A stretch of 64,000 bases of DNA, from the NCBI RefSeq assembly GCF_054482525.1, contig NZ_CM137006.1, one strand, 5' to 3'. Shown piece by piece: positions 53,615 to 63,440 of the stretch. Position 1 is the first letter of the stretch. Each line of letters begins with the position of its first letter. The notes under the pieces are model-generated. The model did not search any database. It was not told the DNA's origin and saw only the letters and a list, made by a program, of their open reading frames with translations. The position numbers were made by a program, and so were the translations under genes.

Positions 53615-53962
53615 TCATACTTCAGAACACATACTCAATGTGTAAACAGCCATCTCCCCATCGGGATTAGAAGGGCGTAATACAAATATCGGTATACTGC
53701 CATTGTCAATGTATGTGGCTGCAACCCCTCCGTCAGGTGTAGCATACATCTTTGCGATGCTTTTTTGACCTACAAAATCAAGTCTCCAAGTTTTACCGCC
53801 AAGATTTATGGTCATTTTTTTATCTTGTATATCAAAAGTTGAATCTACAGAAACTTTCTGACTTCCCGAGTCAATATGACCTTCCTGTATTGCTTTACAG
53901 GAAAAGGTTGTGGCGTGGCCCATCACTGGAATTAACAAAGCGGCAAATACTAGTTTTTTCAT
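53615..53962 (-). CDS. hypothetical secreted protein
   Basis: Start placed at MKKLVFAALLIPVMGHA (signal peptide); divergent from the XRE-family gene. Confidence 0.45.
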   Translation of the reverse strand: MKKLVFAALLIPVMGHATTFSCKAIQEGHIDSGSQKVSVDSTFDIQDKKMTINLGGKTWRLDFVGQKSIAKMYATPDGGVAATYIDNGSIPIFVLRPSNPDGEMAVYTLSMCSEV

Positions 53963-54072
53963 TTGTCTCCCTTGGTGTGTCAAATGGATGGTGATGCTAA
54001 TAATACATGATTGATTCAAAATGTCACGATTAGTGCGTGGTTAATTGGTGCGTCAAATTGCATCTTTGTGCC

Positions 54073-54537
54073 ATGCGAAAGAATCTGAGATACCTTTTTG
54101 GACAACGAGTAAAAGAGTTCCGTATAGCTATTGGCTTAAGCCAAGAGGCCTTTGCAGATCGGTGTGGTTTTGCACGTAGTTATATGAGTCGAATTGAGCG
54201 TGGTTGCTCTAATGCATCTCTTGATGCAATTGAGGTTCTGGCTGACGCTTTGCGTATTGAGCCTTGGCAGTTACTGGCTTCTGATTCAAGGAAACCTGAT
54301 GATCAGGAGGTACTTGTTCCTTATGCTGCAGATGGGTCGTGTTTTCATCCAGGATTGGCAAGTACTCGCGATGGTTCGTTTAGAGTAGGGGAAAAATCAG
54401 CCCAGAAACGTTTCAGTTCGTTCAATGAAGCTCTCGAATACCTTCGTGGAATGGAAACCGCGAAGTGGCGTAGGCCTAATGCTAGTGGTAATTGGGGAAT
54501 TGTATCTGCGGTTAAATGGGATCGACTGAATCAATAA
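54073..54537 (+). CDS. XRE-family helix-turn-helix transcriptional regulator with C-terminal extension
   Basis: N-terminal HTH (LRYLFGQRVKEFRIAIGLSQEAFADRCGFARSYMSRIERG); start could also be 54037. Confidence 0.6.
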   Translation: MRKNLRYLFGQRVKEFRIAIGLSQEAFADRCGFARSYMSRIERGCSNASLDAIEVLADALRIEPWQLLASDSRKPDDQEVLVPYAADGSCFHPGLASTRDGSFRVGEKSAQKRFSSFNEALEYLRGMETAKWRRPNASGNWGIVSAVKWDRLNQ

Positions 54538-54703
54538 GATATCAGTAATTTTCGGGCCACTCCACAAGGCAATAAGTGGCTTAGTGGTGATTATCGAAGG
54601 GGAATACAAGCGAGCACCTAGGCACCATTGCAAGAACCGCTCAACGCTGAGATCAGCAAGCCCCGATTTTTGCCGACCGTCCCTGTCAAATATCAAGGAG
54701 GCA

Positions 54704-55255
54704 TTACGCCACCTGCTCTTTCTTGATACGTTGCACCGTCTGCGTGCTGACACTGAAATCTTTTGCTACGCTCCGAATTGAGCCACCATTCGCGAGAGCG
54801 GCAGCAATTCCCGCTCGATCAATTGCTTTTCCATTACCACGTTTTGCTATACGTCCAGCGGCCTTGGCTGCGGCGATCCCTTCACGTTGACGCTCAAGCA
54901 TCATTTCACGTTCCATTTGTGCCACTGCTGCAAGAACTGTGAGCATCATATTCCCTGCGGGAGAGTTCTTTCCTGTCTTAAAGTCTTCTTTATGGAAATG
55001 CACAGACACGCCGCGCTTTGTTAATTGCTCTACAGTTGCCAGAAGGTCGGCTGTATTACGACAAAGGCGATCAATACTATGGACGTGTAACACGTCACCC
55101 TCCCGCACATAGTTCATCATTGCCTCAAACTGTGGGCGCTGAGTGTTCTTGCCTGACGCTTTATCTTCAAAGACTTTATCAAGAGTTACTCCTGCTAATT
55201 GACGGTCTGTGTTTTGTTGCACAGTCGATACCCTAATGTATCCAATATTAGCCAT
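54704..55255 (-). CDS. small serine recombinase (resolvase/invertase family)
   Basis: N-terminal catalytic motif GYIRVSTVQQ (Ser nucleophile) and C-terminal HTH; 183 aa. Confidence 0.8.
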   Translation of the reverse strand: MANIGYIRVSTVQQNTDRQLAGVTLDKVFEDKASGKNTQRPQFEAMMNYVREGDVLHVHSIDRLCRNTADLLATVEQLTKRGVSVHFHKEDFKTGKNSPAGNMMLTVLAAVAQMEREMMLERQREGIAAAKAAGRIAKRGNGKAIDRAGIAAALANGGSIRSVAKDFSVSTQTVQRIKKEQVA

Positions 55256-55741
55256 CTTCTTTTTTCTTCTGTATTGATTTGTGTGTAGTGATTATTGAAC
55301 GTGTTGATTAGGTGTGTAAAGTACTTTTTTCACTACGAAATTCGAAGTTTTTTAGTGTGGTGATTTAGCCTGCCTTATCACTACACTTCTTGCATGAGAA
55401 TCATGTAGTTACATTTTGGTAAAATTAGCAAGCTATTAAATTGTGTGTTTATTTTGAAAAAATAATTTTTGTTGCATTAAAGAAAACTTGTTCGACAAAT
55501 AATAGGTTGATTTTTGATCAATAATTTCTGATAGTGCTCTGTAAGCCGCATTACACAAGGCGCAGCGAAAGTGATGTAAAAGTGAAGAAAGCTAACATTG
55601 CACTTTTAAACTACTTTTCATTGAATTTTTTAGTATGGAATTACACAGGAATAAGTTAGGGATATTCTATGATTTACACAGGGAATATAGGGGGATTATG
55701 GTATTACACAGAGTGAGTGCTATGTGATGATTGGTAGTAAC

Positions 55742-55850
55742 GGTAGGTCACTGTGAACTAGGGGGGTAGGTCACTGTGAACTAGGGGGGTAGGTCACTGT
55801 GAGCTAGGGGGTAGGTCACTGTGAACTAGGGGGTAGGTCACTGTGAACTA
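55742..55850 (+). repeat. iteron array (5 direct repeats of about 22-24 bp), candidate replication origin
   Basis: ggtaggtcactgtgaactaggggg repeated five times head-to-tail, flanked by AT-rich DNA and further ttacacag / gtgtaatt motifs. Confidence 0.7.
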
Positions 55851-57106
55851 CAATAAGACTATAATAAGACTATTAATAAAACTATATTAGATTATTAATT
55901 AGATCATAATAATAATATTCTTTATATCTATATATATATGATCTTTTGCCTTCCGGCGTTAGCTTCACTCTCTGGCAAGCAGCCTTACTCCGCTACCTTT
56001 CGGGCTACGTTGGCTGGCCCGTTCCGCTCACACCGAAAGCAAAGCGTTACTTTCTTCGTGTAACTTCGTTGGCGGTAACGCCCACGAAGGAATACTATTG
56101 CGCTGTGCGCAGTAAGAGTAATCACCTAACCAATCATCTGATTGCTTACGTGTTAACTCTCTCTAACTCTTAATTACCCTCCTACATTTAATAACTCTCG
56201 TTATTCTCTGTAGTTGTGTAATTACTCGAAGAGAGAGCGGCTAAAGCTCAATTACACTCTGCTTTCCTCGTGTAATTTCACTAAGCCTCAATACAATTTC
56301 ACTTCCTACATTCTGTAGTCGTGTAATTGTTTTCGGTGGAAAAGCCAGAGGCGACACCGAAAGAGAATTCTGATCTTATTAATCTTATCTATCTTAGTTA
56401 TCTTACTTACTTTATCTACTTTATTATTAATAATAGCTTTATAAGCTCTCTGTGTAGCTCTCTGACGCAAGAAACAGAGTTCAGGAAGGGAATCACCTTA
56501 GAAAAGTGTTCTTTGCGTCATAATGTGTTTTATGAAGGATTCAGAGGTGTTTCATAACAGAGATGTATAGAGGATACTTTAGGTAATTAAAAATAAGGGG
56601 TCTAAATGCTTCTCTAACAGCATTAAGCAGGGTAGAGAATGGAAACCGCTTTGCCTACATATATAAACTCACTACAGGGCTTTACAGAGCGTTTTATAAA
56701 GTGACTCTCTGTTTTATATCTACCATCACCTTTTCATATACCTAACAAATACAAAATAAGCCCCTTAAATAAGCCTCTGGCGAGCTAAACAGCCATTACA
56801 TAAGAGAATGTATTGCTTTTATCAAAACCTCGTTAGAACGCGTTTTAGAGCGTTTTAGCGGATAATGAAGAATAGCACTACACAGGAGAGCACGAATTGC
56901 TAAGAAAAAATGTAACTACATGAAAAAGATCAGATTTTTTGTGAAAAGGTATTGACAAACGTCTCTTTCTGTGCAATAATAGGTATTAGAGGGACAGGAA
57001 TAGATTCTTATCCTCTAAATAATTAAACCAATGCACCGCACTTTGAAGCCCAAGGCTTGTAAGGTGTGTTTTTTCTTTTAACCAAATAGAATAAGGAGGC
57101 TAATTA

Positions 57107-57295
57107 ATGAAATATTTTACTCCACAGGATGTAGTAGAAGCCTGGAAACGTGGTGAGATCAACCGCTTTAAAGTAAGGATGTATAGAAACACCGCTCGCC
57201 GTTGTGGTTATCCAGAGCGTGAAAAATGTTTTGACGATGCACTAAAAATTATTGATGAACTGCGTAAAGCTGAGAAAGAAGCAGAGAAAAAATAA
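57107..57295 (+). CDS. hypothetical small protein (62 aa)
   Basis: ATG preceded by strong SD aaggagg; first of four co-directional genes each with a strong SD. Confidence 0.45.
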   Translation: MKYFTPQDVVEAWKRGEINRFKVRMYRNTARRCGYPEREKCFDDALKIIDELRKAEKEAEKK

Positions 57296-57317
57296 TAGAC
57301 AAGAGAAGGAGAAAACT

Positions 57318-57485
57318 ATGAGCGAAACTAAGAAACCAATTCCGCGCACTTACCTACACGTTGACCCTGAAATCTTCAAGGTTTTATTTGCTGAAGCCAA
57401 GAAAAGGCAAATTATGGTCAGTGATTTGATGTTAGAAATCATTACTGAAGCAGCAGAGAACATCAAACAAAAAAAGGGTAAGTGA
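57318..57485 (+). CDS. hypothetical small protein, possibly ribbon-helix-helix DNA-binding (56 aa)
   Basis: ATG preceded by SD aaggag; below the ORF-track cut-off from this start; RHH call is weak pattern-based inference. Confidence 0.4.
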   Translation: MSETKKPIPRTYLHVDPEIFKVLFAEAKKRQIMVSDLMLEIITEAAENIKQKKGK

Positions 57486-57536
57486 TCCTCATTCACTTTA
57501 GTAGCGCATTAAGCGTGATTTATAAGGAGATTTTTA

Positions 57537-58226
57537 ATGATTAATCAACTAACTTTTACAAAACACTATGACACGTTTGATAATGTATCAAAGATTTATT
57601 CTGATAAATTCCCTCAAGGAAAAGATTTAGATCTATTACATATTGTGCTTTATTTTCGATTCCTTAGTTATCAGGAAAACAACCTTAATTGTTATGAAAG
57701 TCACGAAACATTAGCTAAGATTTTTAAGTCTTCAGCGTCAACAATTAAACGTAAGATAAACGATCTTAAAGAGATGGGATTATTAGAAACATCCCCACAT
57801 CCTGATCCGTATATTTCATCTTTGATTTACAATGCTCTCCCTCTCACAGATGCACATATTACTCCCCCAGGAGAATCATCACTCTCTGATCTTTCTGAGG
57901 CAGAAGAAGCACAGGAACAACCTAAAGGCCATAAACAGCCTTCTTTTGATGTTCTTGATGATTGGGATACGCCTTTACCCTGGGAGACGGAAGAAACACC
58001 TGTTTCATCAAGTGAAAAAGTAGCTAATGATAATGAGGAGGATGTGTTAGAGAATTTTGCCTCTCTTATCATCCAGGAGAAACACACAAGAACAGGAGGA
58101 GCATCATTTATTGAGTTTGCAAATTCACTAGCTTGTAGATACGGGCTAAAACGACCAAATGGTATTGAGGCATATTTTTCTAAGAATTACCCAAATATAT
58201 ACGATGACTTTGATATTCCATTTTAA
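57537..58226 (+). CDS. putative winged-helix DNA-binding / replication-initiator-like protein
   Basis: 229-aa ORF with SD aaggag; N-terminal HTH-like segment and acidic C-terminus; lies downstream of the iteron array. Confidence 0.4.
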   Translation: MINQLTFTKHYDTFDNVSKIYSDKFPQGKDLDLLHIVLYFRFLSYQENNLNCYESHETLAKIFKSSASTIKRKINDLKEMGLLETSPHPDPYISSLIYNALPLTDAHITPPGESSLSDLSEAEEAQEQPKGHKQPSFDVLDDWDTPLPWETEETPVSSSEKVANDNEEDVLENFASLIIQEKHTRTGGASFIEFANSLACRYGLKRPNGIEAYFSKNYPNIYDDFDIPF

Positions 58227-58237
58227 TAAGGAGGGTT

Positions 58238-58483
58238 ATGATTCAATATTTAGTAAAAAATCAAGTAGACAGAATTCAGTGTAATGACACAGGAAAACGC
58301 ATCTACGAGACACTTGTTTACCTCTATAAAGGAAAGCCAACACCGCTAAAATATAGCGATGTGTTACATCGAGCAGGTTGCTCTGAGTCAGGTTTAAAAT
58401 TCTGGCTGAAACAGCTATCAAATTTCGGTGTTATTGAAATGAAAGAGCTGTCTTTTTCTACATTCAACCTCAAGAAGTTATAG
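58238..58483 (+). CDS. hypothetical small DNA-binding-like protein (81 aa)
   Basis: ATG preceded by SD aaggagg. Confidence 0.4.
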   Translation: MIQYLVKNQVDRIQCNDTGKRIYETLVYLYKGKPTPLKYSDVLHRAGCSESGLKFWLKQLSNFGVIEMKELSFSTFNLKKL

Positions 58484-58648
58484 AAAATAGAATTCATCTA
58501 TTCCACGCTCTAATTCTATTTCTCTGTTTAATATAAAAGGAAAACATTATTATGGTAATAGCTATGTGGTGGTTGTTGTTTTTTATGCTCGTAGAAACAT
58601 ATGCAAGTAAGTCTGGAAAACAAAAATAATATATTGATGATTTGTTTT

Positions 58649-58888
58649 TTATAACTTCGTGGTGTCAAGTCCAGCAGCTTTGAGTCGCTCGGTAAGATTT
58701 CTCATTTTGCTGAACTCTGTACCAAAGCTGGCTTTAAGTCCTACACCTTCACAAAACTCTTTTGCCGTAACCTTTTTCAGATGGTCAGCATATTTGATCA
58801 TCTGGAGGTGCATTTCCATCGTTTGGCTATTTCGTGGTGCGCTGCTAATGGCTTGCTTAATGTTCTCGTAGATCTGGGTTTCTGTCAT
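58649..58888 (-). CDS. hypothetical small HTH-like protein (79 aa)
   Basis: 79-aa ORF convergent with the four-gene module; possible HTH (VTAKEFCEGVGLKASFGTEFSKM). Confidence 0.35.
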   Translation of the reverse strand: MTETQIYENIKQAISSAPRNSQTMEMHLQMIKYADHLKKVTAKEFCEGVGLKASFGTEFSKMRNLTERLKAAGLDTTKL

Positions 58889-59100
58889 TTTTTATCTCAC
58901 CTATCAAATTTAGATAAATAATATAAATTAGCAAATTAAGATAATCAATAGTTTTTATCATCTGAATGATAGATGTTAAATGTTTCTTTTTCATTTCTGA
59001 TATGGGGTACAAAATGGGGTACACAGAGAAGAAGCAATTAATGGAGGCGAGCTTGCATCTGCAAGCCACTTCCCCTAAGCTGGCACAAAATATAGAGATT

Positions 59101-59234
59101 CAACCAAACGACTCGGGGTGCCCTTCTGCGTGAAGGCTGAGAAATACCCGTATCACCTGATCTGGATAATGCCAGCGTAGGGAAGTCACGGACCACCAGG
59201 TCATTGCTTCTTCACGTTATGGCAGGAGCAAACT
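59101..59234 (+). promoter_or_regulatory. thiM TPP riboswitch (thi-box aptamer plus expression platform)
   Basis: Sequence cgactcggggtgcccttctgcgtgaaggctgagaaatacccgtatcacctgatctggataatgccagcgtagggaagtc... matches the E. coli thiM riboswitch from memory; ends at the thiM start codon; the first 82 nt double as attR. Confidence 0.85.
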
Positions 59235-60023
59235 ATGCAAGTCGACCTGCTGAGTTCCGCGCAATCTGCGCACGCGTTACACCTTTTTCACCAACATTCC
59301 CCTCTTGTGCACTGCATGACCAACGATGTGGTGCAAACCTTTACTGCCAATACCTTGCTGGCGCTCGGTGCATCGCCAGCGATGGTTATCGAAACCGAAG
59401 AGGCCAGTCAGTTTGCGGCTATCGCCAGTGCGTTGCTGATTAACGTTGGCACGCTGACGCAGCCACGCGCACAGGCGATGCGTGCCGCCGTTGAACAGGC
59501 AAAACGCTCTCAAACACCCTGGATGCTTGATCCAGTAGCGGTGGGTGCACTCGATTATCGCCGCCGTTTTTGTCTGGAACTTCTGTCTCATAAGCCAACC
59601 GCCATACGTGGTAATGCTTCGGAAATCATGGCATTAGCTGGCGTTGCTAATGGTGGACGGGGAGTGGATACCACTGACGCCGCAGCTAACGCGATACCCG
59701 CTGCACAAACACTGGCACGGGAAACTGGCGCAATCGTCGTGGTCACTGGCGAGATGGATTATGTTACCGATGGACATCGTATCATTGGTATTCACGGTGG
59801 CGATCCGTTAATGACCAAAGTGGTAGGAACTGGCTGTGCATTATCGGCGGTTGTCGCTGCCTGTTGTGCGTTACCAGGCGATATGCTGGAAAATGTCGCA
59901 TCTGCCTGTCACTGGATGAAACAAGCCGGAGAACGCGCAGTCGCCAGAAGCGAGGGGCCAGGCAGTTTTGTTCCACATTTCCTTGATGCGCTCTGGCAAT
60001 TGACGCAGGAGGTGCAGGCATGA
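59235..60023 (+). CDS. thiM: hydroxyethylthiazole kinase
   Basis: 262-aa [23 protein letters not shown]...; recalled identity to ThiM. Confidence 0.95.
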   Translation: MQVDLLSSAQSAHALHLFHQHSPLVHCMTNDVVQTFTANTLLALGASPAMVIETEEASQFAAIASALLINVGTLTQPRAQAMRAAVEQAKRSQTPWMLDPVAVGALDYRRRFCLELLSHKPTAIRGNASEIMALAGVANGGRGVDTTDAAANAIPAAQTLARETGAIVVVTGEMDYVTDGHRIIGIHGGDPLMTKVVGTGCALSAVVAACCALPGDMLENVASACHWMKQAGERAVARSEGPGSFVPHFLDALWQLTQEVQA

Positions 60024-60820
60024 AACGAATTAACGCTCTGACGATTGCCGGTACTGATCCGAGTGGTGGTGCGGGGATTCAGGCCGATCTTAAAACCTTC
60101 TCGGCACTTGGCGCTTATGGTTGCTCAGTGATTACTGCACTGGTGGCGCAAAATACCCGTGGCGTACAGTCGGTGTATCGCATTGAGCCTGATTTTGTCG
60201 CCGCCCAGCTCGATTCGGTGTTCAGCGATGTGCGAATCGACACCACTAAAATCGGTATGTTGGCGGAAACCGATATTGTTGAAGCGGTGGCAGAACGGTT
60301 GCAACGTTATCAGATCCAAAACGTGGTACTCGACACCGTTATGCTGGCAAAAAGCGGCGACCCGCTGCTTTCACCTTCGGCGGTTGCTACGCTGCGCAGT
60401 CGATTATTGCCACAGGTTTCATTAATAACGCCAAACTTGCCCGAAGCTGCTGCCTTGCTCGACGCGCCACACGCGCGCACCGAACAGGAAATGCTGGAAC
60501 AAGGGCGATCGCTGTTGGCGATGGGCTGTGGCGCAGTGCTAATGAAAGGTGGTCATCTGGATGATGAACAAAGCCCGGACTGGCTGTTTACCCGCGAGGG
60601 TGAACAACGGTTTACGGCACCGCGCATTATGACCAAAAACACCCACGGCACTGGTTGTACACTCTCTGCGGCGTTGGCTGCACTACGCCCGCGCCATACA
60701 AACTGGGCAGACACCGTCCAGGAGGCAAAAAGCTGGCTTTCATCGGCGTTAGCCCAGGCCGACACGCTGGAAGTTGGTCACGGTATTGGTCCGGTTCACC
60801 ACTTCCACGCCTGGTGGTGA
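60020..60820 (+). CDS. thiD: hydroxymethylpyrimidine / phosphomethylpyrimidine kinase
   Basis: 266-aa ORF; 4-nt overlap with thiM. Confidence 0.95.
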   Translation: MKRINALTIAGTDPSGGAGIQADLKTFSALGAYGCSVITALVAQNTRGVQSVYRIEPDFVAAQLDSVFSDVRIDTTKIGMLAETDIVEAVAERLQRYQIQNVVLDTVMLAKSGDPLLSPSAVATLRSRLLPQVSLITPNLPEAAALLDAPHARTEQEMLEQGRSLLAMGCGAVLMKGGHLDDEQSPDWLFTREGEQRFTAPRIMTKNTHGTGCTLSAALAALRPRHTNWADTVQEAKSWLSSALAQADTLEVGHGIGPVHHFHAWW

Positions 60821-60875
60821 GCACCTTACTATAGCTGCTTTGGTTATTGTCAGCCTTTGGCGCTGACATTCAGGG

Positions 60876-61703
60876 ATGAAACCAATGCAGCTGAAAATCA
60901 CCAGTCGAAAAAAATTCACCGCTTTATTATGCTCTCTTGGGCTAATTTCCATCGTTGCAATTTATCCGCGTCAGACGGTGAATTTTTTCTATTCGACAGC
61001 AGTTCAGATTAAAGACTACATCCACTTCTACGGTTATCGCCCGGTTAAATCTTTCGCTATTCGCATTCCTGCCAGTTACACCATTCATGGTATTGATGTT
61101 TCACGCTGGCAGGAGCGAATCGACTGGCAGCGGGTGGCAAAAATGCGCGATAACGGTATTCGCTTGCAGTTTGCCTTTATCAAGGCGACGGAAGGCGAAA
61201 AGCTGGTGGACCCCTATTTTTCGCGTAACTGGCAACTAAGCCGCGAAAATGGCCTGCTGCGCGGGGCGTATCATTATTTTTCCCCGTCGGTATCCGCTTC
61301 AGTTCAGGCGAGATTATTTCTGCAAACGGTGGATTTCTCACAAGGCGATTTCCCTGCCGTGCTGGACGTAGAAGAACGGGGAAAATTATCGGCAAAAGAA
61401 TTACGCAAGCGGGTAAGTCAGTGGCTAAAAATGGTCGAAAAAAGTACGGGGAAAAAGCCGATTATTTACTCAGGAGCCGTTTTTTATCACACGAATCTGG
61501 CGGGCTATTTCAATGAATATCCGTGGTGGGTGGCTCACTACTATCAACGTCGTCCGGACAATGACGGAATGGCCTGGCGCTTCTGGCAGCATTCCGACCG
61601 TGGACAGGTAGATGGCATCAATGGTCCGGTGGATTTTAATGTATTTAATGGCACGGTGGAGGAGTTGCAGGCATTCGTTGATGGGATTAAAGAAACGCCT
61701 TAA
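60876..61703 (+). CDS. yegX: GH25-family muramidase-like protein YegX
   Basis: 275-aa ORF with N-terminal membrane anchor and GH25-like blocks (GIDVSRWQ, GAYHYF). Confidence 0.8.
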   Translation: MKPMQLKITSRKKFTALLCSLGLISIVAIYPRQTVNFFYSTAVQIKDYIHFYGYRPVKSFAIRIPASYTIHGIDVSRWQERIDWQRVAKMRDNGIRLQFAFIKATEGEKLVDPYFSRNWQLSRENGLLRGAYHYFSPSVSASVQARLFLQTVDFSQGDFPAVLDVEERGKLSAKELRKRVSQWLKMVEKSTGKKPIIYSGAVFYHTNLAGYFNEYPWWVAHYYQRRPDNDGMAWRFWQHSDRGQVDGINGPVDFNVFNGTVEELQAFVDGIKETP

Positions 61704-61754
61704 ATAAGAAGCAGTGATATACTCCCACCAGACTCCCTGGCAGGAAAAAGACAA

Positions 61755-62501
61755 ATGGAACAAGCGCATACCCAGCTGATTGCCCAACTGAACGAACGTA
61801 TTTTAGCGGCGGATAACACGCCGCTTTATATTAAGTTTGCCGAAACGGTAAAAAATGCCGTGCGCAGCGGGGTGCTGGAGCATGGCAATATTTTGCCCGG
61901 TGAGCGTGATTTAAGTCAGTTAACCGGCGTTTCGCGCATTACGGTGCGCAAGGCGATGCAGGCGCTGGAAGAAGAGGGCGTGGTGACGCGTTCGCGTGGT
62001 TACGGTACGCAGATCAACAACATCTTCGAATACTCGTTGAAAGAAGCGCGAGGTTTTTCTCAGCAGGTGGTATTGCGCGGGAAAAAGCCCGATACACTAT
62101 GGGTTAACAAGCGTGTCGTGAAATGTCCCGAAGAAGTCGCGCAGCAGCTAGCGGTCGAAGCAGGAAGTAATGTCTTTTTGCTTAAGCGTATTCGCTATGT
62201 CGATGAAGAAGCGGTATCAATTGAGGAATCGTGGGTTCCTGCGCATTTAATTCATGATGTTGATGCCATCGGAATTTCTCTTTATGACTACTTCCGCAGC
62301 CAGCACATTTACCCACAACGTACGCGTTCCCGCGTTAGCGCCCGGATGCCGGATGCCGAGTTTCAGTCACATATTCAGTTAGATAGCAAAATACCGGTGC
62401 TGGTGATCAAGCAAGTGGCGCTTGACCAACAGCAACGGCCTATTGAGTACAGCATCAGCCACTGTCGCAGCGATCTATACGTTTTTGTGTGCGAGGAGTA
62501 G
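61755..62501 (+). CDS. yegW: GntR/HutC-family transcriptional regulator YegW
   Basis: N-terminal GntR HTH (ERDLSQLTGVSRITVRKAMQALEEEGVV) plus UTRA-like C-terminus. Confidence 0.85.
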   Translation: MEQAHTQLIAQLNERILAADNTPLYIKFAETVKNAVRSGVLEHGNILPGERDLSQLTGVSRITVRKAMQALEEEGVVTRSRGYGTQINNIFEYSLKEARGFSQQVVLRGKKPDTLWVNKRVVKCPEEVAQQLAVEAGSNVFLLKRIRYVDEEAVSIEESWVPAHLIHDVDAIGISLYDYFRSQHIYPQRTRSRVSARMPDAEFQSHIQLDSKIPVLVIKQVALDQQQRPIEYSISHCRSDLYVFVCEE

Positions 62502-63440
62502 TTCCTCGCGCGTTGGCGCACAATCACCGCCCCGATGCCCGACAACCCACGACGCCACTGCATTGCCCAGTAATACGGCATCCGCCAGTGGCAGACCAGA
62601 GGCTAGCCCGGCAAGTACGCCACCTGCATGACTGTCGCCCGCCCCAATGGTGTCTACAACTTGCGTTGGAAATGCCGGAATGCAGCCAGAAGCGTCGTTG
62701 CTGAAATACCATGCGCCCTCTTTATCGAGACGAATGATCAACGGCGCGGCAAATTTCTCCTGCCATTGCTTGCCAAGTGTTGTTATCTCTGCGGATAAAG
62801 CAAAACGTTCGGCGGCAATCTCAGCCTCCTGACGATTGAGTGACACTAAAGGTCGACAGGTCATGATCCGCGCCAGCAATGCATCCGGGATATCGCCAAT
62901 ACGTGGGCCAAAATCGATAAACGGCGTCACGTCTTGCAGCTTTTCCAGCCATTCCACTAATAATTCGCCGCAGGGCGAGGCCAGTTGATAACCGGAAAAA
63001 TAGAGCAGGCTGCCAGGCGCAACGGTTAATCGCGCCAGCCACTGGCGATTCCACTGATTTTCCACACCGCTGAATGACATAAAAGTGCGTTCGCCATCCG
63101 GCTCAACCAGCGCCAGACACCAGCCGTTATCACCTTCGGCGTTATCGATCAGGCTGATTAAGTCCTCTTTTGCCATCCGGTTGCGAATAATCTCCGCCCA
63201 CACCCCCTGACCGAGCGGCAAGGCATTACCCGCTTCGATGCCGAGGCGCTTTAATGCCACGGCAATATTCAGTGCACAGCCGCCAACGTTAACGCTCTGC
63301 TGTTTCAGTTCGATATCGCACCCACGCCAGGGGAGGGCATAAGCGTCGGCGATCACATCAATGACCGCCGCGCCGACGACCATCACCGGCTGACGCGTGG
63401 CTAATTCAGGCAGCAGCGTGTGTAATCGAGCGCCGCTCAT
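62475..63440 (-). CDS. yegV: PfkB-family sugar/nucleoside kinase YegV
   Basis: 321-aa ORF with PfkB motif DTIGAGDSHAGG; start overlaps yegU stop by 4 nt. Confidence 0.85.
   Translation of the reverse strand: MSGARLHTLLPELATRQPVMVVGAAVIDVIADAYALPWRGCDIELKQQSVNVGGCALNIAVALKRLGIEAGNALPLGQGVWAEIIRNRMAKEDLISLIDNAEGDNGWCLALVEPDGERTFMSFSGVENQWNRQWLARLTVAPGSLLYFSGYQLASPCGELLVEWLEKLQDVTPFIDFGPRIGDIPDALLARIMTCRPLVSLNRQEAEIAAERFALSAEITTLGKQWQEKFAAPLIIRLDKEGAWYFSNDASGCIPAFPTQVVDTIGAGDSHAGGVLAGLASGLPLADAVLLGNAVASWVVGHRGGDCAPTREELLLAHKNV

Larger units (their letters stand above)
51211..59182. mobile_element. about 8-kb integrative plasmid-like genomic island inserted in the thiM leader (TPP riboswitch), bounded by 82-bp direct repeats
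   Basis: Exact 82-bp direct repeat at 51211-51292 and 59101-59182; integrase next to the left repeat; cargo includes HNH nuclease, serine recombinase, iterons and small DNA-binding genes; AT-rich interior. Confidence 0.8.

Noticed and set aside
55742-55850. Possible CRISPR array
   Set aside because: The five repeats are contiguous with no intervening spacers and no cas genes nearby; interpreted as iterons instead
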